DNA of 64,000 nt from an uncultured Gemmatimonadales bacterium (lineage in GTDB: Bacteria; Gemmatimonadota; Gemmatimonadetes; Gemmatimonadales; GWC2-71-9): positions 1,824,001-1,888,000 of the forward strand of contig CAVZZO010000001.1 of NCBI GenBank assembly GCA_963779755.1, read 5' to 3'. The stretch's first letter is position 1, and each line of letters begins with the position of its first letter. Below are positions 28,508-44,675 of the stretch, in pieces. Under the pieces are notes generated by a model. It was not told the origin of the DNA. It saw nothing but the letters and a program-made list of their open reading frames with translations, and searched no databases. The translations under genes and the position numbers were made by a program.

Positions 28508-29385
28508 TGCCGCTGCCGAGCCCGCTTTCCCGCGACGTCTTCGGCACCACATTCCAGAATCCCATCCTGCTGGCCTCCGGTACTGCGGGCTTCGGCCGGG
28601 AGCTCGCCGGCGTCGTGGATCTCGAGCGGCTGGGCGGCCTGGTCACCAAGGCGGTTTCCCGGGAACCGCGGGCCGGCAATGCGGCTCCGCGAGTGGCCGA
28701 ATTCCACGGCGGCATGATGAACTCCGTCGGACTCGCCAACCCGGGACTGGAGCGGGTGCGCCGCGACGAACTGCCCTGGCTGGCCCGGCACCTGCGGCGC
28801 GCCCGGGTCCTGGTGAATGTGGTGGGCTTTACCGTCGAGGAATATGCCGAGGTGGTGGCCGGCCTCGAGGACGTGGAGGGGATCGCCGCCCTGGAGCTCA
28901 ACCTGTCCTGTCCCAACACCTCCGCCGGCGGCATCGAATTCGGGGCCGAGCCGGGCACGGTGCGGGCCATCGTAGCCGGATGCCGCCGCGCCACCCGCCG
29001 TCCGCTCATCGCCAAGCTGTCGCCGGTTCTGCCGGATATCGCCGGCATGGCTCTGGTGGCCCGGGACGCGGGTGCCGATGGCGTGACGGTCGTCAACACC
29101 CTCCCCGGGTTCCTGCTGGGCGACGACGGCCGGCCCCGGCTGGGCAACGGCACGGGTGGGATCAGCGGGCCGGCCCTGCTGCCCGTCGGGGTGCTGGCCA
29201 CCCGGCGTATCGTGGAACGTTCCGGAGGGATGCCGGTGATCGGGGTGGGCGGCGTGCGCACCGCGGCCGATGCGCGGCAGTACCTCGATGCCGGCGCGTC
29301 CCTGGTCGCTGTCGGCACGGCGGCCATGGCCGATCCCCGCGTCCCCGAACGTATCATTCGCGATCTGGAGACCGGCCGTGGCTGA
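28507..29385 (+). CDS. pyrD: Dihydroorotate dehydrogenase, class 1 catalytic subunit
   Basis: Motifs NPILLASG, MNSVGLANPG, ELNLSCPN and GGISG. Confidence 0.93.
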   Translation: MPLPSPLSRDVFGTTFQNPILLASGTAGFGRELAGVVDLERLGGLVTKAVSREPRAGNAAPRVAEFHGGMMNSVGLANPGLERVRRDELPWLARHLRRARVLVNVVGFTVEEYAEVVAGLEDVEGIAALELNLSCPNTSAGGIEFGAEPGTVRAIVAGCRRATRRPLIAKLSPVLPDIAGMALVARDAGADGVTVVNTLPGFLLGDDGRPRLGNGTGGISGPALLPVGVLATRRIVERSGGMPVIGVGGVRTAADARQYLDAGASLVAVGTAAMADPRVPERIIRDLETGRG

Positions 29386-30058
29386 AGTCATCCTGGCGCT
29401 GGATGTTCCCGACGCGGAGCAGGGCGAGCGGCTGCTGGACCGGCTTCCCCGGCTCCGCTGGGTCAAGGTCGGCTCGGTCCTCATGACCCGCGAGGGCCCG
29501 GATCTGCTGCGGCGGCTCGCCGGCCGCGGGCTCAAGGTGTTCCTCGATCTCAAGTGGCACGATATTCCCAACACGGTGGCGGGCGCTGTGGAGGCCGCCG
29601 CGGCGCAGGGCGTGGCCCTGGCGACGCTCCACGTTGCAGGCGGCGAAGATATGATCCGGGCCGCGGTGCGCGCCGCCGGTCCCGATCTGGCCCTGGCCGG
29701 TGTGACAGTGCTGACCTCTCACGATGACAAATCCTACGCCCGGGTCACGGGCAGGGAGCAGGTAACCATCTCCGGCGAAGTCCTCCGCCTGGCGAGCCTG
29801 GGCATGGCAGCCGGCCTCCGTGGCGTGGTCTGCTCGCCGGGCGAGGTCGCGCCGGTTCGCGAGCGCCTGGGCGCCGGGGCGTGGATCGTTGTGCCCGGTA
29901 TCCGCCGCGCTGCGGATGCGGCCGGCGACCAGGCCCGTGTCGGTCCTCCCGGCCCTGCGGTCCGGGCCGGGGCCACCCACCTGGTCGTGGGCCGGCCCAT
30001 CCTGCGGGCCCCCGACCCGGCCGCCGCGCTGGAGGAGTTCCAGGAGGCCGCGCGATGA
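29378..30058 (+). CDS. pyrF: Orotidine-5'-phosphate decarboxylase
   Basis: Motifs ILALD, FLDLKWHDIPNTV, VPGIR and VVGRPI. Confidence 0.95.
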   Translation: MAEVILALDVPDAEQGERLLDRLPRLRWVKVGSVLMTREGPDLLRRLAGRGLKVFLDLKWHDIPNTVAGAVEAAAAQGVALATLHVAGGEDMIRAAVRAAGPDLALAGVTVLTSHDDKSYARVTGREQVTISGEVLRLASLGMAAGLRGVVCSPGEVAPVRERLGAGAWIVVPGIRRAADAAGDQARVGPPGPAVRAGATHLVVGRPILRAPDPAAALEEFQEAAR

Positions 30059-30483
30059 GAGCCGGGCTCTCCTGGCTGGTCCTTGCCCTGGCCCTGCCGC
30101 TGCGGGCCGGCGCCCAGACCCCCTCGCTGCGTCCCGCCGCCGAGGCCGCCCGCCAGCACTGGCTGCACCAGGACCCCGAACAGCTGGTACAGGGGAGTCA
30201 GGGACTCCGGCTCCAGCTCCCCGGGGCCGATCCCTCGGGCACGCTGGACCGCCGCCAGGCCGCGGCGCTCCTGCGCGACTTCGTGCAGAACACCGAGGAA
30301 GTGGGGGTCGACATCCAGGATGCCCGCCAGGTGGGGGACGACCGGGGGTTCGTGGAGCTGCTGCGCCACTACCGGGTGAAGGGAACCCAGGAGATCAAGG
30401 AACAGTCGCTGTTCCTGAGCTATGCCCGGGAGGGGGAGGGGTGGATGCTGACCGAGCTCCGGGTGGCGGGCCGGGAGCATTGA
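30055..30483 (+). CDS. Hypothetical exported protein
   Basis: ATGA overlap with the pyrF stop; N-terminal signal peptide. Confidence 0.65.
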   Translation: MRAGLSWLVLALALPLRAGAQTPSLRPAAEAARQHWLHQDPEQLVQGSQGLRLQLPGADPSGTLDRRQAAALLRDFVQNTEEVGVDIQDARQVGDDRGFVELLRHYRVKGTQEIKEQSLFLSYAREGEGWMLTELRVAGREH

Positions 30484-30534
30484 GCCCGCCGCGGGGCGGG
30501 GAAAGCCCACCGGCCATGGGGCTTACCCGTTGCC

Positions 30535-30563
30535 TTGCATGCCCTTCAGGGCCCGCCTATATT
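30535..30563 (+). promoter_or_regulatory. Sigma70-like promoter of the rpmJ-rpoA operon
   Basis: TTGCAT-N17-TATATT. Confidence 0.7.
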
Positions 30564-30601
30564 GGGGAGCTAACCCCTAACCTTGGGTTCTGGAGCGTCG
30601 A

Positions 30602-30718
30602 GTGAAGGTACGTTCAAGTGTGAAGCCGATCTGCGAGCACTGCAAGGTGATCAAACGCGCGGGAGTCACGCGCGTCATCTGCAAGCGAAACCCCAAGCAC
30701 AAGCAGCGGCAGGGCTGA
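30602..30718 (+). CDS. rpmJ: 50S ribosomal protein L36 (not in ORF track)
   Basis: [38 protein letters not shown]. Confidence 0.97.
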   Translation: MKVRSSVKPICEHCKVIKRAGVTRVICKRNPKHKQRQG

Positions 30719-30719
30719 T

Positions 30720-31100
30720 ATGGCACGCATCGCTGGCGTGGATCTCCCGCGGGAAAAGCGGGTCGAGATCGCGCTCACCTACATTTTCGGGGTCGGCCGG
30801 CCGACCAGCAACCGGATCCTGACCGACACGGGCGTGAGCCCGGACGTCCGGGTTCGCGACCTCAGCGACGCCGAGGTGGCGCGGCTGCGCCAGTACATCG
30901 AGCGCTCGCTCAAGGTCGAAGGCGCGCTGCGCACCGAAGTGGCGATGAATATCAAGCGCCTGATGGACATCGGCAGCTATCGCGGCATCCGGCACCGCCG
31001 CGGGCTCCCGGTGCGCGGGCAGCGGACTCATACCAATGCGCGGACCAAGAAGGGGCCGCGCCGGGCCATCGCGGGCAAGAAGAAGGCGACGAAGAAGTAA
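30720..31100 (+). CDS. rpsM: 30S ribosomal protein S13
   Basis: [10 protein letters not shown]...[10 protein letters not shown]. Confidence 0.98.
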   Translation: MARIAGVDLPREKRVEIALTYIFGVGRPTSNRILTDTGVSPDVRVRDLSDAEVARLRQYIERSLKVEGALRTEVAMNIKRLMDIGSYRGIRHRRGLPVRGQRTHTNARTKKGPRRAIAGKKKATKK

Positions 31101-31495
31101 TGACTGCACCTACCAGACCGGCGGGCGCCAAGCGCTCCAAGAAGGCCGCCGAGGCGGAAGCGATCGCGCACATCTCGGCGACATTCAACAACCTGCTGAT
31201 CACCATCACGGACCTGCGGGGCAACGCGATCACCTGGGGCAGCGCCGGCAAGGCGGGCTTCAAGGGGTCGAAGAAGTCCACCCCGTTCGCCGCCACGGTG
31301 GCGGCCGAGAACTGCGGGCGCGAGGCCATGAACCTCGGCGTGCGCCGGGTGCACGTACGGGTGCAGGGCCCCGGCAGCGGGCGCGAGTCGGCCATCCAGG
31401 CGCTGGCATCGGTGGGCCTGCGGGTGCTGTCCATCCGCGACGTCACGCCGATTCCGCACAACGGCTGCCGTCCGCCCAAGAAGCGGAGGGTCTGA
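31100..31495 (+). CDS. rpsK: 30S ribosomal protein S11
   Basis: [16 protein letters not shown] and [14 protein letters not shown]. Confidence 0.98.
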   Translation: MTAPTRPAGAKRSKKAAEAEAIAHISATFNNLLITITDLRGNAITWGSAGKAGFKGSKKSTPFAATVAAENCGREAMNLGVRRVHVRVQGPGSGRESAIQALASVGLRVLSIRDVTPIPHNGCRPPKKRRV

Positions 31496-31498
31496 GCC

Positions 31499-32131
31499 AT
31501 GCGTTACATCGGACCCAGCTGCCGGCTCTGCCGGCGCGAAGGCACCAAGCTGTTCCTCAAGGGCACCCGCTGCCTCACCGAGAAGTGCGCCGTCGACCGC
31601 CGCGGCTACGCCCCCGGCCAGCATGGGCAGTCCAGCGGCCGCGGGCGCAAGGCCTCGGAGTACGCGCGCCAGCTGCGGGAAAAGCAGAAGGTCAAGCGCA
31701 CCTACGGGCTCTCGGAGCAGCAGTTCCGGAATCTGTTCGAGGCCGTCACCACCCTGCCGGGTGTGAAGGGCACCAACCTGCTGATTGCCCTGGAAAGCCG
31801 GCTCGACAATATCGTCTACCGCATGGGCTTCGCGCCCAGCCGCAAAGCGGCGCGCCAGCTGATCGGCCACGGCCATGTCGAGGTGAACGGCCGCAAGGTG
31901 GACGTGCCCTCGTATCAGGTGGTGCCGGGCGAAGAAGTCCGCGTCGCCGCCGGCAGCCGGGACCTCACCCTGGTCCGGGCCGCGCAGGAGCAGGCCGCCC
32001 GCGGGGCGCCCGTCGGCTGGCTCTCGGTCAACACCGAGCAGGCCAGCGGCCGCTATACCGAACGGCCCGCCCGCGAGGCCATCCCGATCAACGCCCAGGA
32101 GCAGCTCATCGTCGAGCTGTACTCGAAGTGA
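31499..32131 (+). CDS. rpsD: 30S ribosomal protein S4
   Basis: CRLCRREG, QLREKQK, LESRLDN and IVELYSK. Confidence 0.98.
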   Translation: MRYIGPSCRLCRREGTKLFLKGTRCLTEKCAVDRRGYAPGQHGQSSGRGRKASEYARQLREKQKVKRTYGLSEQQFRNLFEAVTTLPGVKGTNLLIALESRLDNIVYRMGFAPSRKAARQLIGHGHVEVNGRKVDVPSYQVVPGEEVRVAAGSRDLTLVRAAQEQAARGAPVGWLSVNTEQASGRYTERPAREAIPINAQEQLIVELYSK

Positions 32132-32133
32132 CC

Positions 32134-33198
32134 ATGAGCATTGACCTGACAGGACTGGTACGCCCCCACCTGGTCGAAATGACCAAGCGGGACGACAACC
32201 CCAACTTTGCCGAGTTCCGGCTGCAACCGCTGGAGCGCGGCTTCGGTTACACCCTGGGGAACTCTCTGCGCCGCCTGCTGCTGTCGAGCCTGCGGGGCAG
32301 CGCGGTCTGGGCCTTCCGCCTCGACGGCGTGGTGCACGAGCACCAGACGGTGCCCGGCGTGCTGGAAGACGTGCACCAGATCATCCAGCGGCTGAAGGCG
32401 CTGACCCTGGTGCTGGACGAAGACGCCGATGAAGCGGTGCTGCGCATCAAGCGCGACTCCGCCGGCCCGGTCTACGCCCGGGACATCCAGCCCCATGCCT
32501 CGGTCACGATCGTCAACCCCGATCACCTCCTGTTTACGGTGCAGGACGACCGGGAAATCAACGGCGAACTGTACATCAACAAGGGCCGCGGGTATGTCGA
32601 GGGCGAGCTGCACCAGATCGACCGGTCGCTGCCGGTCGACCTCGTGCGCATCGATGCCATCTACAATCCGGTGCACCGCGCCAACTTCACCGTGGCCGAA
32701 ACCCGCGTCGGCCAGCGGACCGACTACGACCGGCTGACGCTCGCGGTCGAGACCAACGGCACCCTTTCGCCCGAGGACGCGCTGGCCTACGCCGCGGCGC
32801 TGGCCCAGGAGCACTTCCGCTACTTCGTGGAGTTCGGGCGCGTGCCCATGGCGCGGCCCGAGGCCCAGGGCGACGGCGCCTCCGCCGATGCCGGCGCGCT
32901 GCGCGAGCGGCTGGCCCGGCCCATCGACGACTTCGGTCTATCGGTCCGCTCGCTCAATTCGCTCAAGAACAGCAACATCCGGACGCTGGGCGACCTGGTC
33001 CAGTTCACCGAAGACGATCTGCTCAAGGTCAAGAACGTGGGCGAGAAGGCGCTGAGCGAGATCGCCGACCTGCTGCGGGGTGAGGGCCTGAAGTTCGGCA
33101 TGAGCTTCGAGGAACGCGACGGCGAGCTGCGCATCACCAACCCCGGCACCGAGCCGGCCGCTCCAGCGGCCCCGGCCGACGGCGGCGAGGAGGGCTGA
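32134..33198 (+). CDS. rpoA: RNA polymerase alpha subunit
   Basis: [25 protein letters not shown] and LSVRSLNSL. The true start is ATG 32134. Confidence 0.97.
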   Translation: MSIDLTGLVRPHLVEMTKRDDNPNFAEFRLQPLERGFGYTLGNSLRRLLLSSLRGSAVWAFRLDGVVHEHQTVPGVLEDVHQIIQRLKALTLVLDEDADEAVLRIKRDSAGPVYARDIQPHASVTIVNPDHLLFTVQDDREINGELYINKGRGYVEGELHQIDRSLPVDLVRIDAIYNPVHRANFTVAETRVGQRTDYDRLTLAVETNGTLSPEDALAYAAALAQEHFRYFVEFGRVPMARPEAQGDGASADAGALRERLARPIDDFGLSVRSLNSLKNSNIRTLGDLVQFTEDDLLKVKNVGEKALSEIADLLRGEGLKFGMSFEERDGELRITNPGTEPAAPAAPADGGEEG

Positions 33199-33554
33199 TG
33201 CGGCACAACGCCAAGGGACGGCAGCTCTCCCGCACCGCCAGCCACCGGCGGGCCATGCTGAACAACATGGTCACCAGCCTCTTCGCGCACGAACGGGTGG
33301 TCACCACCCAGGCCAAGGCCAAGGAGCTGCGGCCCTTTGCCGAGAAGCTCATCACCCTGGCCCGGCGCGGCGATCTGCACAGCCGCCGCCTGGTCGAGCG
33401 GCGCATCAAGGATCGCGCGGTGCTGAGCCGCCTCTTCGCCGAAATCGGGCCCCGGTTCGCTGCCCGGCCCGGCGGCTACACCCGCATCCTCAAACTCGGC
33501 CACCGGCCCGGCGACGGCGCCGATGTCGCGCGGATTGAGCTGCTTCCGGAGTGA
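33198..33554 (+). CDS. rplQ: 50S ribosomal protein L17
   Basis: MRH...[10 protein letters not shown]...RPGGYTRI. Confidence 0.98.
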   Translation: MRHNAKGRQLSRTASHRRAMLNNMVTSLFAHERVVTTQAKAKELRPFAEKLITLARRGDLHSRRLVERRIKDRAVLSRLFAEIGPRFAARPGGYTRILKLGHRPGDGADVARIELLPE

Positions 33555-33612
33555 ATCGGCCGGCCCCGGCGCCGCCGCCGGTGCGCCGGGCATTCCGGTG
33601 GCCGGCAACAGC

Positions 33613-33641
33613 AAAGGGGGACCCGAGGGTCCCCCTTTTTT
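33613..33641. terminator. Bidirectional intrinsic terminator between convergent rplQ and rpmB
   Basis: AAAGGGGGACCC...GGGTCCCCCTTTTTT. Confidence 0.85.
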
Positions 33642-33669
33642 CATGCCCGCCGGCCGGGAGGGCCGGACC

Positions 33670-33861
33670 TCAGACCGCCTTCGAAACCTTGTTACCCTTG
33701 ATGCAGCGGGTGCAGACCCGGGCGCGCCGGGGCTCGCCGTTCACCAGGATCCGCATGACCTGGAGATTGGGGTACCAGCGCCGCTTGGTCCGGTTGTTGG
33801 CGTGGCTGACATTATTGCCGGTGACCGGCCCCTTGCCGCACACGGCACAGGTGCGTGCCAT
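33670..33861 (-). CDS. rpmB: 50S ribosomal protein L28
   Basis: [31 protein letters not shown]. Confidence 0.97.
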   Translation of the reverse strand: MARTCAVCGKGPVTGNNVSHANNRTKRRWYPNLQVMRILVNGEPRRARVCTRCIKGNKVSKAV

Positions 33862-33913
33862 AGCTTCCGTCCTTGGGTAAAGCATCGTCCAGAGGTTCGT
33901 CTACAGACCCGCA

Positions 33914-39191
<5,278 letters not shown>

Positions 39192-39199
<8 letters not shown>

Positions 39200-39761
39200 T
39201 TACTTCGCTCACGAATCGAGCTATATCGACGAGGGCGCCGTCATCGGTGCCGGCACGAAGATCTGGCACTTCTGCCACGTCATGGCCGGGGCGATGATCG
39301 GGGAGCGCTGCAACCTGGGCCAGAATGTGGTGGTGATGCCCGGCACCCGGATCGGGAACAACGTCAAGATCCAGAACAACGTCTCGATCTATCAGGGCGT
39401 CGAACTGGCCGACGACGTCTTCTGCGGCCCCAGCTGCGTCTTCACCAACGTGGTCAATCCCCGCAGCCAGGTTTCCCGGAAAGACGAATACCGGTCCACC
39501 CGGGTGGGGCAGGGGGCCAGCATCGGGGCCAACGCGACCATCGTCTGCGGCGTCACCCTGGGCGAGTACGCGTTCATCGGTGCCGGCGCCGTGGTCACCC
39601 GCGATGTGCCGCCCTACGCCCTCATGACCGGTGTGCCTGCGCGCCGGACCGGCTGGATGTGTCGCTGCGGTGTGCGGCTCGGGGTGGAGCAGGGGCGCGC
39701 GGTCTGCGGCGCCTGCGGCAGGGCCTTCCAGGAGACGGACCGGGGCCTCCAACCTCGTTGA
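39192..39761 (+). CDS. Hexapeptide N-acetyltransferase (WbpD/WlbB-like)
   Basis: [33 protein letters not shown] and a C-terminal CxCG...CxxC. Confidence 0.88.
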
Positions 39762-39786
39762 TTCCTCCTCCGGGGCAGGGTACCTT
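39758..39786 (+). promoter_or_regulatory. Internal sigma70-like promoter
   Basis: TTGATT-N17-TACCTT. Confidence 0.55.
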
Positions 39787-39852
39787 TCGCGGCTGTATCC
39801 GGGGCGCGCCACCTGGTCCTAAGTCGTTTCCATTTCGCCGGTTCGAGGTCGT

Positions 39853-40968
39853 GTGAACGTTCCGTTGCTGGACCTGGTTGCCCAGTACCGGCAGATCCAG
39901 GACGAAGTTCTGCCGGCCCTCATGGCGGTGATCGAACGGCAGGGGTTCATCATGGGCCCGGAGGTCGGCCGGTTGGAGGAGGAAATCGCCCGCCTCTCCG
40001 AGGCGCGCCATGGCATCGCCTGTGCCAGCGGGACCGACGCGCTGCTGCTCTCCCTCCGGGCCCTGGACCTCCAGCCGGGCGACGAGGTCATCACGCCGTC
40101 CTTTACCTTTTTCGCCACCGCGGGCGCCATCCACAACGCCGGCGGCACGCCGGTCTTCGTGGATATCGACGCGGATACCTTCAACGTGTCGCCGGAGGCG
40201 GTCGAAGCCGCCATCACGCCGCGCACCCGCGCCATCGTGGTGGTGCATCTCTTCGGGCAGATGGCCGCCATGGAACGAATCCTCCCGCTGGCCGGGCGGC
40301 ACGGGTTGCCGGTCATCGAGGACGCCGCGCAGGCGATCGGGGCCCGGCGCAAGATGGACGGTGCCTGGCGGATCGCCTGCAGCCTGGGCTGGACGGGGAC
40401 CCTGTCGTTCTTCCCCAGCAAGAATCTGGGCGCCTGGGGTGATGCCGGGATGATTCTCACCCAGGAGGGCGAACTGGCCGAACGGCTCCGCCGCCTGCGG
40501 CTGCATGGCGGCGCCCGCGAGTACTATCACGACGAGGTGGGCTTCAACAGCCGGCTGGATACGCTGCAGGCGGCGGTGCTGCTGGCCAAGCTGCCGCACC
40601 TCGCCGCCTGGAGCTCGGCCCGGCGGGAGCGTGCGGCACGCTATACCGAGGCCTTCCGCGACCACCCGCGCGTGCGGCCCCCGGTCACCGACCCGGCCAA
40701 CGAGCACATCTTCCACCAGTACACCCTGCGGGTGCCGGAGCGCGACCGCCTGGTGGAGCACCTGCGAGCCCGGGGGATCGGGTGCAAGGTGTACTACCCG
40801 CTGCCCTTGCATCTGCAGCCCTGTTTTGACGGTCTGGGTGCCGGCGCGGGCAGCCTGCCGGCCACCGAGACGGTCATGCACGAGGTGGTTTCCCTGCCCA
40901 TCTATCCCGAGCTGCAGGACGCACAGCAGGACGCCGTGATCGGGGCGGTGAGGGACTTCTACGCCTGA
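39853..40968 (+). CDS. DegT/DnrJ/EryC1/StrS sugar aminotransferase (WbpE-like)
   Basis: SGTDAL, EDAAQAIG, SFFPSKNLG and NSRLD. Confidence 0.92.
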   Translation: MNVPLLDLVAQYRQIQDEVLPALMAVIERQGFIMGPEVGRLEEEIARLSEARHGIACASGTDALLLSLRALDLQPGDEVITPSFTFFATAGAIHNAGGTPVFVDIDADTFNVSPEAVEAAITPRTRAIVVVHLFGQMAAMERILPLAGRHGLPVIEDAAQAIGARRKMDGAWRIACSLGWTGTLSFFPSKNLGAWGDAGMILTQEGELAERLRRLRLHGGAREYYHDEVGFNSRLDTLQAAVLLAKLPHLAAWSSARRERAARYTEAFRDHPRVRPPVTDPANEHIFHQYTLRVPERDRLVEHLRARGIGCKVYYPLPLHLQPCFDGLGAGAGSLPATETVMHEVVSLPIYPELQDAQQDAVIGAVRDFYA

Positions 40969-41148
40969 GTCGGCCCTGTGGCACGGGAACGACGGATGGC
41001 GCGCACCAGGCGCGGGCCGATTCACTAAGCCCCTGCCGGACAACGCCTTGAGCCGGTCGAAGCCGACTCGCTCGTGGCGCTCTTCTTGCTCCGCCTCCCC
41101 ACACCCGCCGCGCGGCGGGCCGGGGGATCATGAACAGCCTGAGGACGT

Positions 41149-42432
41149 ATGACCACTGCGCAGGAACTCATCGCGAAAGCCGAGCGGCGTGAAGCCCTGT
41201 TCGGCGTGATCGGCCTGGGGTACGTCGGGCTTCCCCTGGCCGTGGAGATGGCCAAGGCCGGCTACCATGTGCTGGGCTATGATATCAGCCAGCGGGTGGT
41301 GGACGGACTGAACCAGGGCCGTTCCCACGTGAAGGACATTTCCAACGCGGAGCTTGCCGCAGTGGTCAAGTCCGGCCGCTTCACGGCCACCACCGACGCG
41401 AGTCGCCTGGCGGAGCCGGACGCGATTTCCATCTGCGTGCCGACACCGCTGTCCAAGTTCAAGGACCCGGACGTCAGCTACATCAAGGCGGCCACCGATG
41501 CGGTGCAGCGCACGCTGCGCCCCGGACAGGCCATCATTCTGGAGAGTACCACCTATCCGGGAACGACCCGGGAGATCATGCTGCCGGCGCTGGAAAGCAC
41601 CGGCCTCAAGGTGGGGACCGATTTCTTTCTGGCGTTCAGCCCCGAGCGGGTGGACCCGGGTAATCCGACGTTCCAGACGCGGAACACCCCCAAGGTGGTG
41701 GGCGGCATTACCGAGGAATGCCGCACGGTGGCCGTGGCGCTGTATCAGCCGGCCATCGATACGCTGGTCCCGGTGAGCACCACCGAGGCGGCCGAACTGG
41801 TGAAGCTGCTGGAGAACACGTTCCGCAGCGTGAATATCGGCCTGGTCAACGAGATGGCCATCGTCTGCGACAAGCTGGGCGTGGACGTGTGGGAGGTGAT
41901 CGAAGCGGCGGCCACCAAGCCGTTCGGCTTCATGAAATTCCTGCCCGGGCCCGGTCTGGGCGGCCACTGCATTCCGATCGATCCGCACTACCTCGCCTGG
42001 AAGATGCGCGGGCTCAACTACAAGACCCGGTTCATCGATCTGGCTGGCGAGCTGAACACCGAGATGCCGGTCTTCTGGGTTCGCAAGGTAGCGGACGCGC
42101 TGAACGAGCAGTCGCGGGCGGTACGCGGCAGCGTCGTGCTGGTCCTGGGGGTCGCCTACAAGCGCGACATCGACGACCTGCGCGAGAGCCCGGCGCTGGA
42201 CATCATCCGGCTGCTGGAGCAGCAGGGGGCGAAGGTGAGCTACCACGATCCCCACGTGGCCACCTTCACCGAGGACGGCCACGAGATGCGCTCGGTGCCG
42301 CTCACGCCCGAGACGGTCGCCGCCGCCGACGCCATCATCATCGTGACCGACCACTCCAGCGTGGATTACGGCATGGTCAAGCGGCACGCGCGCCGGGTGG
42401 TCGATACCCGTCACGTGCTTCCCCGGGACTGA
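41149..42432 (+). CDS. UDP-N-acetyl-D-hexosamine 6-dehydrogenase (WbpA-like)
   Basis: GLGYVGLP, CVPTP, ESTTYPG, KLLENTFR and GGHCIP. Confidence 0.9.
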   Translation: MTTAQELIAKAERREALFGVIGLGYVGLPLAVEMAKAGYHVLGYDISQRVVDGLNQGRSHVKDISNAELAAVVKSGRFTATTDASRLAEPDAISICVPTPLSKFKDPDVSYIKAATDAVQRTLRPGQAIILESTTYPGTTREIMLPALESTGLKVGTDFFLAFSPERVDPGNPTFQTRNTPKVVGGITEECRTVAVALYQPAIDTLVPVSTTEAAELVKLLENTFRSVNIGLVNEMAIVCDKLGVDVWEVIEAAATKPFGFMKFLPGPGLGGHCIPIDPHYLAWKMRGLNYKTRFIDLAGELNTEMPVFWVRKVADALNEQSRAVRGSVVLVLGVAYKRDIDDLRESPALDIIRLLEQQGAKVSYHDPHVATFTEDGHEMRSVPLTPETVAAADAIIIVTDHSSVDYGMVKRHARRVVDTRHVLPRD

Positions 42433-42435
42433 GCC

Positions 42436-43743
42436 ATGCATGTCGCGGTGATCGGAAGCGGGTACGTCGGCCTGGTGGCGGGCGCCTGCCTGGCGGAAAC
42501 CGGCAACAACGTGGTCTGTGCCGATACCAACGCGGAGAAGGTCCGGCGCCTGCAGCAGAACGAGGTCCCCATCTACGAACCGGGCCTGGAGCCGATGATC
42601 CGGCGCAACCAGGCGGAGGGGCGCCTGGCGTTCACCACCGACGTGGGCGGCGCGGTCGAGGCCTCGCGGGTGGTGTTCATTGCGGTAGGCACGCCGGAGG
42701 GCGAGGACGGCTCGGCCGACCTGCAGCACGTGCTGGCGGTGGCCCGGACCATCGGGCGCCACATGAACGCCTCCAAGGTGGTGATCACCAAGTCGACCGT
42801 CCCGGTAGGCACGGCGGAGAAGGTGCGCGCCGCCATCCGGGCCGAAACCGATGTGCCCTTCTCCGTCTGCTCCAATCCGGAGTTCCTGAAGGAGGGCGCC
42901 GCCATCGACGACTTCATGAAGCCCGACCGGGTGGTGGTGGGGGTGGATAACGAAGACGCCCGGCAGGTGCTGGATGAGCTGTACTCGCCCTTCGTCCGGA
43001 CGGGAAACCCGATTCTCTTCATGGACATCCCGTCGGCCGAGGTCACCAAGTACGCCGCCAACGCCATGCTCGCCACGCGGATCTCGTTCATGAACCAGAT
43101 CGCTGCCTTCTGCGAGCTGGTGGGCGCCGATGTCTCCAAGGTGCGGCAGGGCGTGGGCAGCGACCGGCGGATCGGGCCCGCCTTTCTCTTCCCGGGGCCG
43201 GGGTACGGCGGCTCCTGTTTTCCCAAGGACGTGAAGGCGCTGATCCGCTCCGCCGAGGAGCACGGGCTTCAGTTCGACCTGCTCGAGGCGGTCGAAGAGG
43301 TCAACCGGCGGCAGAAGCTGCTGCTGCTGGACAAGACCCGCCGGGCGCTGGGCGGCTCCCTGGCGGGCCGGACCGTCGCCGTCTGGGGGCTGGCCTTCAA
43401 GTCGGAAACCGACGACATGCGCGAGAGCCCGGCCATTCCTCTGATCCAGGGCCTGGTGGAGGAAGGCGCCCGGGTCCGGGCGCACGATCCCAAGGCGCTG
43501 GAGACCGCCCGTATCGTCTTCGGCGACGCCATCGAATATGTCGCCGACCCCTACGACGCGGTGGACGGGGCCGAGGCGCTGGTGATTGTCACCGAGTGGC
43601 TGCTCTACCGCAACCCGGATTTCCCGAAGCTGAGGCAGCGGCTGGCCAATCCGCTGGTGCTCGACGGCCGCAACCTCTACGAGCCGGCCCGCATGCAGTC
43701 CATGGGCTTTACCTATCACGGTATCGGGCGGAGGCAGCCGTGA
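42436..43743 (+). CDS. ugd: UDP-glucose 6-dehydrogenase
   Basis: [19 protein letters not shown] and [10 protein letters not shown]. Confidence 0.92.
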   Translation: MHVAVIGSGYVGLVAGACLAETGNNVVCADTNAEKVRRLQQNEVPIYEPGLEPMIRRNQAEGRLAFTTDVGGAVEASRVVFIAVGTPEGEDGSADLQHVLAVARTIGRHMNASKVVITKSTVPVGTAEKVRAAIRAETDVPFSVCSNPEFLKEGAAIDDFMKPDRVVVGVDNEDARQVLDELYSPFVRTGNPILFMDIPSAEVTKYAANAMLATRISFMNQIAAFCELVGADVSKVRQGVGSDRRIGPAFLFPGPGYGGSCFPKDVKALIRSAEEHGLQFDLLEAVEEVNRRQKLLLLDKTRRALGGSLAGRTVAVWGLAFKSETDDMRESPAIPLIQGLVEEGARVRAHDPKALETARIVFGDAIEYVADPYDAVDGAEALVIVTEWLLYRNPDFPKLRQRLANPLVLDGRNLYEPARMQSMGFTYHGIGRRQP

Positions 43744-44675
43744 GGATTCTCATCACCGGGGCGGCGGGCTTTCTGGGCTCGCACCTGTCCGACCGGCTGC
43801 TGGCCGATGGGCACGAAGTGATCGGGATGGACAACCTGGTCACCGGGTCGCCCGACAACATTGCCCACCTGATCGGCAACTCCAGGTTCCGTTTCATCCA
43901 GCACGACGTCACCAACTTCATCTACGTAGACGGGCCGCTGGACGGCATCCTTCACTTCGCCTCCCCCGCCAGCCCCCAGGATTACCTCGAGCTGCCTATC
44001 CAGACTCTCAAGGTAGGCTCGCTGGGCACCCACAAGGCGCTGGGGCTGGCCAAGGCCAAGGGTGCCCGCCTGCTGCTGGCGTCCACCTCGGAGGTCTACG
44101 GCGACCCCCAGGTGCATCCCCAGCCCGAGACCTACTGGGGCCACGTGAACCCGGTGGGCCCGCGCGGTGTCTACGACGAAGCCAAGCGATTCGCCGAGGC
44201 CATCACCATGGCCTACCACCGTTTTCACAAGGTGGACACCCGCATCGTGCGGATCTTCAACACCTATGGCCCCCGGATGCGGGCCCGCGATGGCCGGGTG
44301 GTGTCGAATTTCGTGGTGCAGGCGCTGGGCGGCGAGCCGCTCACCATCTACGGCGACGGCTCCCAGACCCGCTCGTTCTGCTTCGTCTCCGATCTGGTGG
44401 ACGGGATCGTCCGTCTCTTCCACAGCAACGAGACCGATCCGGTCAATATCGGGAACCCCAACGAGTTCACCGTGCGGCAGCTGGCCGAGATGACCATCAA
44501 GCTGACGGGCTCCAGCTCCCGCATCGTGCAGCAGCCGCTGCCCACCGACGATCCCAAGGTGCGCAAGCCCGACATCACGCGCGCCCGGACGCTGCTGGGG
44601 TGGGATCCGGCCGTGTCCCTGGAGCAGGGGCTGCAGCGCACCATCGAGTACTTCCAGAAGATGCTGGGGTCGTGA
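43740..44675 (+). CDS. UDP-glucuronate decarboxylase (UDP-xylose synthase)
   Basis: [30 protein letters not shown] and RIFNTYGP. Confidence 0.9.
   Translation: MRILITGAAGFLGSHLSDRLLADGHEVIGMDNLVTGSPDNIAHLIGNSRFRFIQHDVTNFIYVDGPLDGILHFASPASPQDYLELPIQTLKVGSLGTHKALGLAKAKGARLLLASTSEVYGDPQVHPQPETYWGHVNPVGPRGVYDEAKRFAEAITMAYHRFHKVDTRIVRIFNTYGPRMRARDGRVVSNFVVQALGGEPLTIYGDGSQTRSFCFVSDLVDGIVRLFHSNETDPVNIGNPNEFTVRQLAEMTIKLTGSSSRIVQQPLPTDDPKVRKPDITRARTLLGWDPAVSLEQGLQRTIEYFQKMLGS

Noticed and set aside
31036..32133. Apparent 720-aa N-terminally extended RpoA
   Set aside because: The extension is an alternative frame over rpsK/rpsD. RpoA homology starts at ATG 32134.
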